Of a DNA stretch of 64,000 bases, positions 1 through 9,083 are shown in pieces. The position numbers and the translations under genes are program-made. The DNA is from an uncultured Alphaproteobacteria bacterium (lineage in GTDB: Bacteria; Pseudomonadota; Alphaproteobacteria; Rhizobiales; Xanthobacteraceae). Location of the stretch: contig CAVTVG010000007.1 in the NCBI GenBank assembly GCA_963738155.1, forward strand, positions 249,834 through 313,833. Direction: 5' to 3'. Numbering within the stretch: position 1 is the first letter of the stretch; each line of letters begins with the position of its first letter. The notes beneath the pieces are model-generated. The model was not told where the DNA came from, did not search any database, and saw nothing but the letters and a program-made list of their open reading frames with translations.

Positions 1-248
1 GAGGCAAGCTCCCAGGCCGCGCTCGAGTTGCTGGCGTAGTGCTGCTGCAGGAACAGATAGAGCGAAAGGCGGAAGCGGCCGTTGGTCAGGCCCTTGGCAC
101 GGTGATGGCAGGTCACGCAGCTATCGGCAAACAGCCGTGCGCCCGATTTGCCTTCGTCGAGGTTTTGCGCTCGCGCCGGTGCCAGAAACAGCAACGCAGC
201 AGAACCAAGGGCGAGCAGGATGCCCCCGCACCAAATCGTTCTCACCAT
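1..248 (-). CDS. Periplasmic c-type cytochrome-like protein, 5' part (runs off window start)
   Basis: Manual translation: MVRTIWCGGILLALGSAALLFLAPARAQNLDEGKSGARLFADSCVTCHH...; signal peptide followed by CxxCH heme motif. Not in the ORF track because it is open at the edge. Confidence 0.75.
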   Translation of the reverse strand, partial: MVRTIWCGGILLALGSAALLFLAPARAQNLDEGKSGARLFADSCVTCHHRAKGLTNGRFRLSLYLFLQQHYASNSSAAWELA

Positions 249-321
249 GTTGTGTAAAATCCGCTTCCCCGACTACCGGCTCACCTTCTCTCGGACAAGC
301 CTGTCAAAAAGAGGGCGCGCC

Positions 322-1101
322 TCACAAATCCGGAGGATCGAACCAGTTGGTCAGCGCAAGCCCGCCATCGATCGTGATCGCGGCTCCCGTGACATATCCC
401 GAGACCTTGTTGGAGAGAACCGCGAGTGCCATCGGTGCAAGGTCGTTGGCCTCGCCGAGGCGGCCGAGCGGAATGTGCTTCGCCAGCGCGGGATTGGCGA
501 CGAAGCCGCCGGCCGCGATTGCGCCGGGCACCAGCGCGTTGACGCGGATGGAGTGCTGTCCCAGCGACTTCGCGAGCTCCTTCACCAGCATCGCCATCGC
601 TGCTTTCGCCGACGAATAATGCGGCAAGTTGCGCGGCGTACCGGCATGAAGCGAGGTCAGAAACAGGAACGAGCCCGGCGTTTTCGCCGCGATCAGCTTC
701 TTCGCCAACTCGCGCGCGAGATGAAAACCGGCGTCGATATTGACCGCATGCATCTGCCGCCAAGTCTCGTCGCTGACGGCGAGAATGTGATCTGCCTCGC
801 GTCGCGGCGGCGAGGCGCTGTGGACGAAGTGGGTGATGCGTCCGATTTTCCCTTCGGCGTGCGCAAGCAGCGCATCGCGTGCTGCGGGCTGTCCGAGATC
901 GCCGACAAAGGGCACCGCAAGCTCGGGCCGCGAGGCAGCCTTGATCGCAGCATCCACCCTCTCCTCGCTGATGTCAGCAAACAGCGTTTTCACGCCCTCG
1001 CCGACCAGCGCCAGCGCAATCGCACGGCCGATGCCGTTGCCCGCGCCGGTCACCAGCGCCGCCTCGCGTGCGGGATCGAACGGCTCGCTCAACATACTCA
1101 T
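322..1101 (-). CDS. SDR family oxidoreductase
   Basis: TGAGNGIG Rossmann motif, YSSAK catalytic motif, IRVNALVPG. Confidence 0.92.
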   Translation of the reverse strand: MSMLSEPFDPAREAALVTGAGNGIGRAIALALVGEGVKTLFADISEERVDAAIKAASRPELAVPFVGDLGQPAARDALLAHAEGKIGRITHFVHSASPPRREADHILAVSDETWRQMHAVNIDAGFHLARELAKKLIAAKTPGSFLFLTSLHAGTPRNLPHYSSAKAAMAMLVKELAKSLGQHSIRVNALVPGAIAAGGFVANPALAKHIPLGRLGEANDLAPMALAVLSNKVSGYVTGAAITIDGGLALTNWFDPPDL

Positions 1102-1196
1102 GGCTCACGGCTCCTGCAGTTTTGGAGCCGGGCCATGAACCCTTGCCCGGCCTTCCGCGTCAAACGCATTAACTCGTCATTTCACACGCAACGACC

Positions 1197-2309
1197 ATGT
1201 TCACAAGCCATTCGCGTCGCATTGCTGCCGCCCTGATCGCCCTCTTCACCGTTTCAGCACCCGCCGTCGCCGCGCCGGCCGGCAAGCCCGTCGCCGGCCA
1301 GCAGGTACGCTTCCCCAGCGGCACCTGGAGCGCGTTGCCGCAGGTCGGCCCCGACGGCAAGGTGCAGCAATGCGTGTTGGTCGCGCTGCGTCAGCGCACC
1401 GGCAGCCATGGTCCCGTCGACACCCGCTTCTCCATCAACATCAGCCGCGGTACCGGGCTCGCGCTCATGATCCAGGACGACGGCCTGCCGAGCGAACAGG
1501 TGCTGGACGACCAGGCCGAGTTGTCGATCGAGGGCCGCGCGCTCCCAGCCGTGTTTTTCCCGATCGGGACTGCACTCGTCTTCCATCCTGGCGACGCCGA
1601 GGGCGCGCTTGCCGCGCTCGGCAAGGCGACGCAGGTCAGGCTGCGCTCCGACGGCGGCGGCATCGATTCCGGCGCGATCAGAATCGACCTCGCGCCGGAG
1701 GCGCTGAACTGGCTCAAGCAGTGCGGCAAGACCTTCGATATAGCGATCGACAAACCAACCGATCCGAACGCCCCGGATATGCCGACACCGCGGCCGCGCT
1801 CGCCGACGATCGCCTTCATTCCGGCAACGCCGGCTGGCCCGCCTGGCATGGCCGACAAGCAAAAGATCGAAGGCTGGGACGCTTCCGAGCTCCGCAACAA
1901 CGATGGCAGCATCGTCGTTTGCATGATCCGCCGCCACTACATGACGGGCTCGGAGCCGAACGCGCGCAGGCTCGCGACTTTCTTCATGGCGAGCCGCGCC
2001 AAGGGGCTCACGATGATGCTGAAGGACTCCATTCGGCACGCGACCGAGGGCGAAGCAGTCGAAGCATCGCTGAAGATGGACGACAAGTCGTTTCCACCCT
2101 TCACCGCCGCGGTGCTTGGACCCGACGAAATCGGCATCACGCCTCAGCATGGCGCGGCACTCGCCGCCGCGATCGAGAACGGCGGTCGCGCCACTTTCAA
2201 GATTGGTACCGACTACCAACTCGAATTTCCGATCCAGGCCGGTGTGATCCCGTGGCTGCGCGCCTGTGCCCGCCGCAACGGCATTCCGATCGAGCACGGC
2301 GGACAATGA
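1197..2309 (+). CDS. Secreted hypothetical protein with two internally repeated domains joined by a Pro-rich linker
   Basis: Signal peptide; both halves begin W-x(10-12)-C (GTWSALPQVGPDGKVQQC / EGWDASELRNNDGSIVVC) and end LNWLKQC / IPWLRAC. Confidence 0.7.
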   Translation: MFTSHSRRIAAALIALFTVSAPAVAAPAGKPVAGQQVRFPSGTWSALPQVGPDGKVQQCVLVALRQRTGSHGPVDTRFSINISRGTGLALMIQDDGLPSEQVLDDQAELSIEGRALPAVFFPIGTALVFHPGDAEGALAALGKATQVRLRSDGGGIDSGAIRIDLAPEALNWLKQCGKTFDIAIDKPTDPNAPDMPTPRPRSPTIAFIPATPAGPPGMADKQKIEGWDASELRNNDGSIVVCMIRRHYMTGSEPNARRLATFFMASRAKGLTMMLKDSIRHATEGEAVEASLKMDDKSFPPFTAAVLGPDEIGITPQHGAALAAAIENGGRATFKIGTDYQLEFPIQAGVIPWLRACARRNGIPIEHGGQ

Positions 2310-2413
2310 CGGGAACCGGGCGGTCACTTTGGCACCCGCCCGCTGCCGCATTTGGACTCTCTTGCCGCCGTATTGCCGCGTTAACCCCGCAAGAAGAATC
2401 GAGGGGACCCGGC

Positions 2414-2779
2414 ATGAAGTGGAAAATCGCGTTCTCGGTTTTGGCGCTGTCGCTCGCCGCTCAGGCGTCTGCGGACGAGCACCGCGGCGGCGACGCCGCG
2501 CTTGGCGCGCTGTCGGGCGCGGTCGTGCTCGGACCGATCGGCGCGGTCGCCGGCGCCGTCGTTGGCTACACCGCCGGGCCGTCGATCGCACACGCCTGGG
2601 GATTCCGCCGCGGCAGCACGGCACACCAGCGCGCGCACCCGGTCAGGCAGGAAGCGCAGGTGTCGCCGGCTCAAGTCACGCCAAGCGCCGCCACCGTCCC
2701 GGCCACGTCGCAAACGCGCCCGGCGGCCACCGCCAGAACCGCTTCCTCGAAACCGCCGCCGGTACAGACGCTGGAGTAG
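2414..2779 (+). CDS. Small secreted glycine-zipper protein
   Basis: ATG at 2414 after GAGGGG; signal peptide; GALSGAVVLGPIGAVAGAVVG; Pro/Ala-rich tail. Confidence 0.7.
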   Translation: MKWKIAFSVLALSLAAQASADEHRGGDAALGALSGAVVLGPIGAVAGAVVGYTAGPSIAHAWGFRRGSTAHQRAHPVRQEAQVSPAQVTPSAATVPATSQTRPAATARTASSKPPPVQTLE

Positions 2780-2787
2780 GTGCTTCG

Positions 2788-4365
2788 CTATTGCAGGCCG
2801 GCGAGGCGAAAACCCTCGACATAAGCTTCGCGCTCGGCCTCGTGCTTGAACGGCATCTCCTTGGCGATCCATTCGAGCGAGAGTTCAGGCTGCACGCGCT
2901 TCAATTCCTTTAGCGCCTCCTCCGCGATCTCTTCGAAGCCGCCGCACGCCGCTGCAGCCGTGAGCACGCGATGCCCGCCGACGAAATCGGCACGCAGCCG
3001 CACCGATTGCCGCGCCAGCCGCACCGCTTCCTCATAATTGCGGCCGACGAACTGGCAATAGGAGGCGACGCCGCAATAGATCGCAGCGAAGGGATCGCGT
3101 GGGCTGAGACGTAGCGCGTGACGGGCATGGCGATCGCCCTCCTCCCAGCGCCCGCAATAGGCCAGCGCCACGCCGTAATAGCCGCGTGCCAGCGAGAAAT
3201 TCGGATTGAGGCGCAGCGCCAGCTCGAACTCGGCAAGGCTGTCGTCGAAGCGGCGGTTGAACAGATAGACGCAGGCGAGCGCCAGATGCGCCCACGGGTC
3301 CTCGCTGTCGCCGTAAATCGCCGAAAGCGCCGCGCGCTCGGCGACCGGCATCGCCTGCGCCATCGTCTCCCATCCCATGTGGGCGCCGAAGCTGTGGCTC
3401 GTCGCCAGCACGCCGAGCGCCTGGCCGTAGGTCGGATCGATCTTGATCGCCTTCTCCAGCAGCGCCTGCGCCACCACATTGTCCTGCCGCGTCACGCGCC
3501 AGTAATGCGACAGCCCGCGCATCACGAGATCCCAGGCGTCCATGCTGTCGGGAGCCTTGCGCTGGGCGCGGAAATTTTCGGCGGCGTAGAGCTGCGGCTC
3601 GATCGCGGCGACAATCGACTGCGTGATCTCGTCCTGCACCGCGAACACGTCGGCGATGCTGCGGTCGTAGCGCTCGGCCCAGATGTGGCTGCCGGTCACG
3701 ACGTCGTTGAGCTGCGCCGTAATCCGCACGCGGTCGCCGTCCTTGCGCACGCTGCCCTCGACGACATAGCCGACGCCGAGTTCCTCGCCGATCTGCTTCA
3801 GATGCACCGGCTTGTCCTTGTAGACAAAGGACGAGTTGCGCGCGATCACGTAGAACCAGCGCAGCTTCGACAATGCGGTGATGATGTCTTCGCTGATGCC
3901 GTCGGAGAAATATTCCTGCTCGGCCTCGCCGCTCATGTTGACGAAGGGCAGCACCGCGATCGCGGTGCGGTCGAGCACCGGCAGCGCGAGCCGCGGATGA
4001 TCGGCTTGGTGCGCAGCCGGCTGTGAGAGGCTGAGCACCGGCTTCGCTTCGGCCGATTGCGCCTGCACCTCGCCGATGAAGCGGAAGCCCTTGCGCGCGA
4101 CCGTGCGCACCAGCTGCTGGTCGCGGCCATTGTCGTTGACCGCCTTGCGCACCGCGTTGATTCGGCTGGTCAGGGTCAATTCGGAGACGATGCGGCCGTC
4201 CCACACCTTGTCGAACAACTCGTCCTTGCTGACCACACGTTCGCTGTTCTGCACGAGATAGAGCAGAACATCGAACACCTGCGGCTCGAGCGCGACGCGC
4301 TGGCCACCGCAGCTCAGCTCCCGCCTATCGATGTCAAGCACATGATTTGTAAAGAGAAATTTCAC
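2788..4365 (-). CDS. Winged-helix (OmpR/CadC-type) transcriptional regulator with TolB-N/adenylate-cyclase-like and TPR domains
   Basis: LEPQVFDVLLYLVQNSERVVSKDEL...TVARKGFRF wHTH; IAVLPFVNMSG..QEYFSDGISEDII; TPR helices. GTG start at 4365 chosen. Confidence 0.88.
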   Translation of the reverse strand: MKFLFTNHVLDIDRRELSCGGQRVALEPQVFDVLLYLVQNSERVVSKDELFDKVWDGRIVSELTLTSRINAVRKAVNDNGRDQQLVRTVARKGFRFIGEVQAQSAEAKPVLSLSQPAAHQADHPRLALPVLDRTAIAVLPFVNMSGEAEQEYFSDGISEDIITALSKLRWFYVIARNSSFVYKDKPVHLKQIGEELGVGYVVEGSVRKDGDRVRITAQLNDVVTGSHIWAERYDRSIADVFAVQDEITQSIVAAIEPQLYAAENFRAQRKAPDSMDAWDLVMRGLSHYWRVTRQDNVVAQALLEKAIKIDPTYGQALGVLATSHSFGAHMGWETMAQAMPVAERAALSAIYGDSEDPWAHLALACVYLFNRRFDDSLAEFELALRLNPNFSLARGYYGVALAYCGRWEEGDRHARHALRLSPRDPFAAIYCGVASYCQFVGRNYEEAVRLARQSVRLRADFVGGHRVLTAAAACGGFEEIAEEALKELKRVQPELSLEWIAKEMPFKHEAEREAYVEGFRLAGLQ

Positions 4366-4393
4366 AATTCGAAGTCCCGGCCGTGGTTCGTCC

Positions 4394-4441
4394 TCAAGAA
4401 AAATCAAGCCCGCCTGAAGGCAAAATCAAGCTGGCCTCAGA
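4394..4441. promoter_or_regulatory. Five helically phased T(C/G)AAG direct repeats, likely operator of the adjacent wHTH regulator
   Basis: TCAAG 4394, TCAAG 4404, TGAAG 4415, TCAAG 4426, TCAGA 4437 (10-11 bp period) in the divergent promoter region. Confidence 0.6.
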
Positions 4442-4515
4442 GTTTTTGAGTCCTCGCCGGGGCACGTTCGGTTCACTGCGGCATAACCGCGATGCAATCG
4501 GGACAGGAGACACCC

Positions 4516-5361
4516 ATGGCGAGCACCACGACGGCAAGACAGACTTCCACGAGTACCGTGTCCCCCGATCTTTCGGCGTTGAAGATCAGGCAGCAAGCGG
4601 CGTGGTCGTCCGGCAATTACGCCGTCGTCGGCACCACCTTGCAGATCGTCGGCGAGCAACTCTGCGAGACGCTGGACCTGCGTCCGGGCTCCAAGGTGCT
4701 GGACGTCGCGGCCGGCAACGGCATGGTGACGCTTGCCGCCGCGCGGCGCTGGTGCGACGTCACCTCGACCGACTATGTGCCCGCCTTGCTCGAACAGGGC
4801 CGTGCCCGCGCCGCGGCGGAGGGGCTGCCGGTCGATTTCATGGAGGCCGACGCCGAAAGCCTCCCGTTCGACAATGCCTCGTTTGACGTGATCGTCTCCA
4901 CTTTCGGTGTGATGTTCACGCCGAACCAGCCGCAGGCGGCAAGCGAGTTGCTGCGGGTCTGCAAGAGCGGCGGCAAAATCGGCCTCGCCAACTGGACGCC
5001 CGAAGGATTCATCGGCCAGATCTTCAAGACGCTCGGCAAATATCTGCCGCCGCCATCAGGCGCGAAATCGCCCGCGCTGTGGGGCACGCGGACCCGCCTC
5101 GACGAGCTGTTCGGCAACCAGGCCACGATCAGGGCGGAGGCGCGGATGTTCAACTTCCGCTACCGCTCGCCCGATCATTTCCTCGACGTCTTCAAGACAT
5201 TTTACGGACCCGTGCTGAAGGCGTTTGCGGCGCTGGACGCGCCGACCCGGGAAAACCTACGCAACGACCTGCATGCGCTGATCGTGCGCATGAACAAGTC
5301 CCGCGACGCCACCATGGTGGTGCCGAGCGAATACCTCGAGATCGTCATCACCCGGCGGTGA
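4516..5361 (+). CDS. Class I SAM-dependent methyltransferase (UbiE-like fold)
   Basis: VLDVAAGNG motif I, DAESLPFDNASFDVIVSTFGVMF; RBS AGGAGA before ATG 4516. Confidence 0.9.
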   Translation: MASTTTARQTSTSTVSPDLSALKIRQQAAWSSGNYAVVGTTLQIVGEQLCETLDLRPGSKVLDVAAGNGMVTLAAARRWCDVTSTDYVPALLEQGRARAAAEGLPVDFMEADAESLPFDNASFDVIVSTFGVMFTPNQPQAASELLRVCKSGGKIGLANWTPEGFIGQIFKTLGKYLPPPSGAKSPALWGTRTRLDELFGNQATIRAEARMFNFRYRSPDHFLDVFKTFYGPVLKAFAALDAPTRENLRNDLHALIVRMNKSRDATMVVPSEYLEIVITRR

Positions 5362-5396
5362 CAGCCGCAAAGATCTTTCAAACCAGGAGTACTTCC

Positions 5397-6128
5397 ATGA
5401 GCAGATTGATTGCACTTGTGTATGGAATGGTGTGCTACGCGTTCTTCTTCGTCACGTTCCTCTACACGATCGCCTTCGTCGACGACTTCCCCGTGCCGCG
5501 CACAATCGATGTAGGGCTGCGCGCGCCGATGACGGAAGCGTTGATCATCAACATGGTGCTGATGGCATTGTTTGCGATCCAGCACAGCGTGATGGCGCGG
5601 CCGCAATTCAAGGCGTGGTGGACGCAATTCGTGCCGAAGCCCGTCGAGCGATCGACCTACGTGTTGTTTGCAACGCTTCTGCTGGCGCTGCTGTGCTGGC
5701 AGTGGCGGCCGATCCCGGCCGTGCTCTGGCATGTCAGCGATCCCCTGGCTGCGGCCATGCTGACCGGGCTGTCGCTGCTTGGCTTCCTCATCGTGCTGTC
5801 CAGCTCCTTCCTGATCAATCACTTCGAGCTGTTCGGGGTGCACCAGGTGGTGAACAACCTGACCGACCGTCAGATGCCGGCGCCGCGATTCTACACGCCG
5901 CTGTTCTACAAGTTCGTGCGGCATCCGCTCTATCTCGGCTTCATCATCGCATTCTGGGTGGCGCCGACGATGACCGCCGGTCATCTGCTGTTTGCCACGG
6001 TCACCACCGCCTACATCTTCATCGGGATGCTGCTCGAGGAGCGCGACCTGGTCGACCTCTTCGGCGACGATTACCGCCGCTACCGTCAACGCGTGGCAAT
6101 GATCGTGCCCTGGCGTCGAGCGTCATAA
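5397..6128 (+). CDS. mddA: Methanethiol S-methyltransferase MddA (isoprenylcysteine carboxyl methyltransferase-like membrane protein)
   Basis: QHSVMARPQFKAWW, ERSTYVL, LINHFELFG, YKFVRHPLYLGF, LEERDL motifs typical of MddA; multiple TM helices; RBS AGGAG. Confidence 0.8.
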   Translation: MSRLIALVYGMVCYAFFFVTFLYTIAFVDDFPVPRTIDVGLRAPMTEALIINMVLMALFAIQHSVMARPQFKAWWTQFVPKPVERSTYVLFATLLLALLCWQWRPIPAVLWHVSDPLAAAMLTGLSLLGFLIVLSSSFLINHFELFGVHQVVNNLTDRQMPAPRFYTPLFYKFVRHPLYLGFIIAFWVAPTMTAGHLLFATVTTAYIFIGMLLEERDLVDLFGDDYRRYRQRVAMIVPWRRAS

Positions 6129-6204
6129 CCGCGTCTCAAGCCACGACCAAAACGCGATCCGGGCTCATGCCCGGGTCGCACCATCAATCAGCAGAGTTGG
6201 TGCG

Positions 6205-7083
6205 ATGACAATTTCAGACATTTCATTTGCGCGAGAGCAGAAGAGTTGCGTGATCGCGTTGCACTGCTCGCTCGGGTCGGGCCGGCAGTGGACCAAATTG
6301 ACCGAAGCACTCGGCCCCACCTGTCACGTCATCGCGCCCGATATTGCCGGCTATGGCGACAATGGGGGCGCCCTGGATCTGCCGCTGACGCTCGCAGACG
6401 AAGTCGCGTTCCTGCTCGACCGCGTCGATGCGGCAGGACCGATTCATCTTGTCGGCCACTCCTATGGCGGCGCGATCGCCTTCAAGATGGCGACGGCTTC
6501 GCCTTTCGCGGGCCGGGTGCGCAGCCTGACGTTGATCGAGCCGGTGCTGCCGACCCTGTTGAAGGAGAACGCCGCGGATCGCCGGCTGCACGACCTTTTC
6601 GCGCAACTGGCGCGCAGTGTCTCCGCCGACCTGTGGCGAGGCATGTCGATCGAAGCCATCGACCGCTTCCTGACATACTGGAACGGCTCCGCCGCGGCCG
6701 AGCCCTTGCCGATCGAGGCCAAGCTGCGGATGATCGCGCACATCGACAAGCTCGCCTATGATTTCGCCGCCGCGCTGTCGGAGGACAACGTGACTGTTGC
6801 CGCCGCCGGCATCAAGGTGCCGACCCTGCTGTTCTCCGGCGGCCTGTCGCCCTACATGACCCAGCGCATCGTCGGACGGCTTGGCTCGATCATCGAGGGC
6901 GCCGAGACGCATCATCTTCCAGCGGCGGGCCACATGCTGCCGCTCACCCATGCCCGGCAGATCAACCCGCAGATATCAGCGCACATCGCGCGCGCCGACG
7001 ATCTCGCCAAGGTCTCGCTGGTCACAGGTCTCGGGCCGGACAGCTGGGCTGCCGGCAGGGAACTCGGGCCCGCGCCGAAATAG
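6205..7083 (+). CDS. Alpha/beta fold hydrolase
   Basis: GHSYGG nucleophile elbow, AGHM catalytic His. Confidence 0.88.
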   Translation: MTISDISFAREQKSCVIALHCSLGSGRQWTKLTEALGPTCHVIAPDIAGYGDNGGALDLPLTLADEVAFLLDRVDAAGPIHLVGHSYGGAIAFKMATASPFAGRVRSLTLIEPVLPTLLKENAADRRLHDLFAQLARSVSADLWRGMSIEAIDRFLTYWNGSAAAEPLPIEAKLRMIAHIDKLAYDFAAALSEDNVTVAAAGIKVPTLLFSGGLSPYMTQRIVGRLGSIIEGAETHHLPAAGHMLPLTHARQINPQISAHIARADDLAKVSLVTGLGPDSWAAGRELGPAPK

Positions 7084-7105
7084 CGGTGCGCGACGTAACG
7101 TCGGC

Positions 7106-7363
7106 TTAAAGCAGCTTTGCCCTTGCGAATAGCGAGCGCACGGCATTGGTCGCAGGCACGGCTATCATGGCGTTGCCGGCGGCGCGTTCAAGCAGATCGA
7201 TGGCGTCATCGTGCAGGCTGCGAAACTCCATCCATTCGATCGAACTGAGATTGGTGAGAAACTGATAGGCCTGTCCGACGGTGGCGATGCATATGTTCTT
7301 GCCGTCCAGGCGAATCCGAAACGTCGCCCGCAACGGCGTCTCGGAGGCGGAAGCGGCACTCAT
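7106..7363 (-). CDS. Small hypothetical protein (DUF982-like)
   Basis: MSAASASETPLRATFRIRLDGKNICIATVGQAYQFL...; good codon usage; family assignment from memory only. Confidence 0.55.
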   Translation of the reverse strand: MSAASASETPLRATFRIRLDGKNICIATVGQAYQFLTNLSSIEWMEFRSLHDDAIDLLERAAGNAMIAVPATNAVRSLFARAKLL

Positions 7364-7380
7364 GTCCGGTGAAAAGAACG

Positions 7381-8406
7381 TCACGATTGCGAGGTAGAAC
7401 GCGCCGCAGTCGACGGGGCCGCGGTCATGTTTGGCACCACGACGAGGCGGTTGATCTCGCCGTCGTCATAGGCTTTGCGGAAGCGGACATAGTCCCGGAT
7501 CGACACGCAGCCGTTCGAATCGCCGTCGGGGCCAAGCATGAAGCTGTGCACGAGCAGTCCGGCGCGCCCGAGCGTGTCGCTGCCATCGGCGGGAATCATG
7601 CGCAGCGCACGCACGCCATGAAACAGTTTTTCACGCGGCCGCAGATCGTAGACTGCGGGCGGCGTCGCACCGGCGTTGCGCGCCTGAACGGTTTCCGGAT
7701 TGTCCTTCAGCATGCCGAGGCCGGAATGTGCCTCGAGCGTCAGGCCGTTCGGCAAATAGACCGAATGCGCGGCGATGTCATAGACGGCGGTCTGGCTGTC
7801 ATAACCGAGCGCCTGCAAATCGGGATGCGAGCGGAACAGGCCATCGCCCGGCGTCAGCGAAGCGAGCGTGAGGCGGCCGGGCAGAAGATCCGAGAGCTTC
7901 TGCATCCATGTGCGATCTGGCTTGGCAGCCACGTCCGGCCGCGGCGGCGTATCAACCGCCGCAACAGCGATGTCGGCAGCGGCGGGCCGCGATCTTGGCA
8001 GCGGCACATCCGCTGCGCTTGCCTGTTGCGGCACCTCGCCCGCGCTCGGCTGCGAAGGCGCATAGAGCAAGGCAGTGCGCCATTCGCCGAGCTGCAGCTT
8101 CTGCGCAAGCAAACCCTTCGCGTCCTGCACCTTGGATTCGAGCGCTGCCAATGCGGAGCGATCCATCGGCTGCAAGGTGCTGCCGCGCAGGGATTGCGGC
8201 ACCGCCATCTGCGCGAAGCGCTCCTCGAAAGAGAGCAACTGCTGCCCGACCGGAGAATCGACTGAAGACGAGAACTGGGACTCGTTGATCCAGGCGGCCG
8301 CGCCACACGCGCAGGCCAGCACGCCGCACAGCAACGCAGCCTTGTCCGACAATCCGATGCGGCGACGCGGCGGCAAGCGACCAGCCATCGCAGTTTCGAA
8401 CGTCAT
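7381..8406 (-). CDS. Membrane-anchored Tlde1/DUF2778 (L,D-transpeptidase fold) protein
   Basis: N-terminal TM; C-terminal EAHSGLG...GATPPAVY...LLVHSFMLGPDGDSNGCVS (His...SxGCVS). Confidence 0.8.
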   Translation of the reverse strand: MTFETAMAGRLPPRRRIGLSDKAALLCGVLACACGAAAWINESQFSSSVDSPVGQQLLSFEERFAQMAVPQSLRGSTLQPMDRSALAALESKVQDAKGLLAQKLQLGEWRTALLYAPSQPSAGEVPQQASAADVPLPRSRPAAADIAVAAVDTPPRPDVAAKPDRTWMQKLSDLLPGRLTLASLTPGDGLFRSHPDLQALGYDSQTAVYDIAAHSVYLPNGLTLEAHSGLGMLKDNPETVQARNAGATPPAVYDLRPREKLFHGVRALRMIPADGSDTLGRAGLLVHSFMLGPDGDSNGCVSIRDYVRFRKAYDDGEINRLVVVPNMTAAPSTAARSTSQS

Positions 8407-8551
8407 TGCATCCCCAATTCCACCGTCTCCGGGGTACCCATCCCTGAGGAGGTCTCTTCGACCAGCCAAAGCGTATACCAGCGCCGAACTGCGGCATATT
8501 CTAGACGCTTTGCCAGGTCCCTCACAGGGGATAATCGACTTTGGTAGGAGC

Positions 8552-8719
8552 CTAGTGCCCACTTTTCGAAGTTCGTGCTCCGTTGCATGCTACCGTTCAC
8601 GAACTTCGGAAAGTTATGGGTTACTAGCAAATCTATGATTCTAGTGCCGCTTTCGATCTGAAGTCCCTGAACCCGATTTCGCCGCGCGCGAGTCAGGGAC
8701 TTCAGATCGGCGGCACTAG
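8552..8719. repeat. CTAG-bounded double-hairpin element, copy 1 (subfamily I)
   Basis: Hairpin A 8552-8627, linker CAAATCTATGATT, hairpin B 8641-8719; near-identical to 32520-32686 and to the reverse complement of 39082-39245. Confidence 0.95.
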
Positions 8720-8829
8720 GGCCGTTGTTTTTACCACGTTAAGCAAGCCGCATTAGGTATTGGCCGCTTTCAAGTTTTCACCACAATTGGTGGTCGGAAA
8801 TGGTCCCGCTTTCATCGGCGGAGATTCTC

Positions 8830-9060
8830 ATGCGAATCGCAAAATTCACGATGATCGGTTCCATCTCGGCTTTGGCCCTTGCCACGGCGCCTGCACTTGC
8901 CAAGAACGCCGCGCCACCTCAGAGGCCCGACGACCAGTCCGCCTCCTGCCATTCCTACCGGATGGGCGCGGACGGATCGTGGACGGTCCTGCCTTGCCAT
9001 GAGGCCGGGCAGACCGAGCACAAGCCGCCTCCGAAGGCTGGCGAACAAGAGCCGCGCTGA
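8830..9060 (+). CDS. Small secreted protein with a Cys pair
   Basis: RBS GGAG, signal peptide, SCHSY...LPCHE. Confidence 0.65.
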   Translation: MRIAKFTMIGSISALALATAPALAKNAAPPQRPDDQSASCHSYRMGADGSWTVLPCHEAGQTEHKPPPKAGEQEPR

Positions 9061-9083
9061 GGCGTACGGCCCCGGGGAGAGCG

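Noticed and set aside
94-110. GG-N10-GC sigma-54-like motif (TTGGCACGGTGATGGCA)
   Set aside because: Lies antisense inside the cytochrome c gene with no plausible downstream target.
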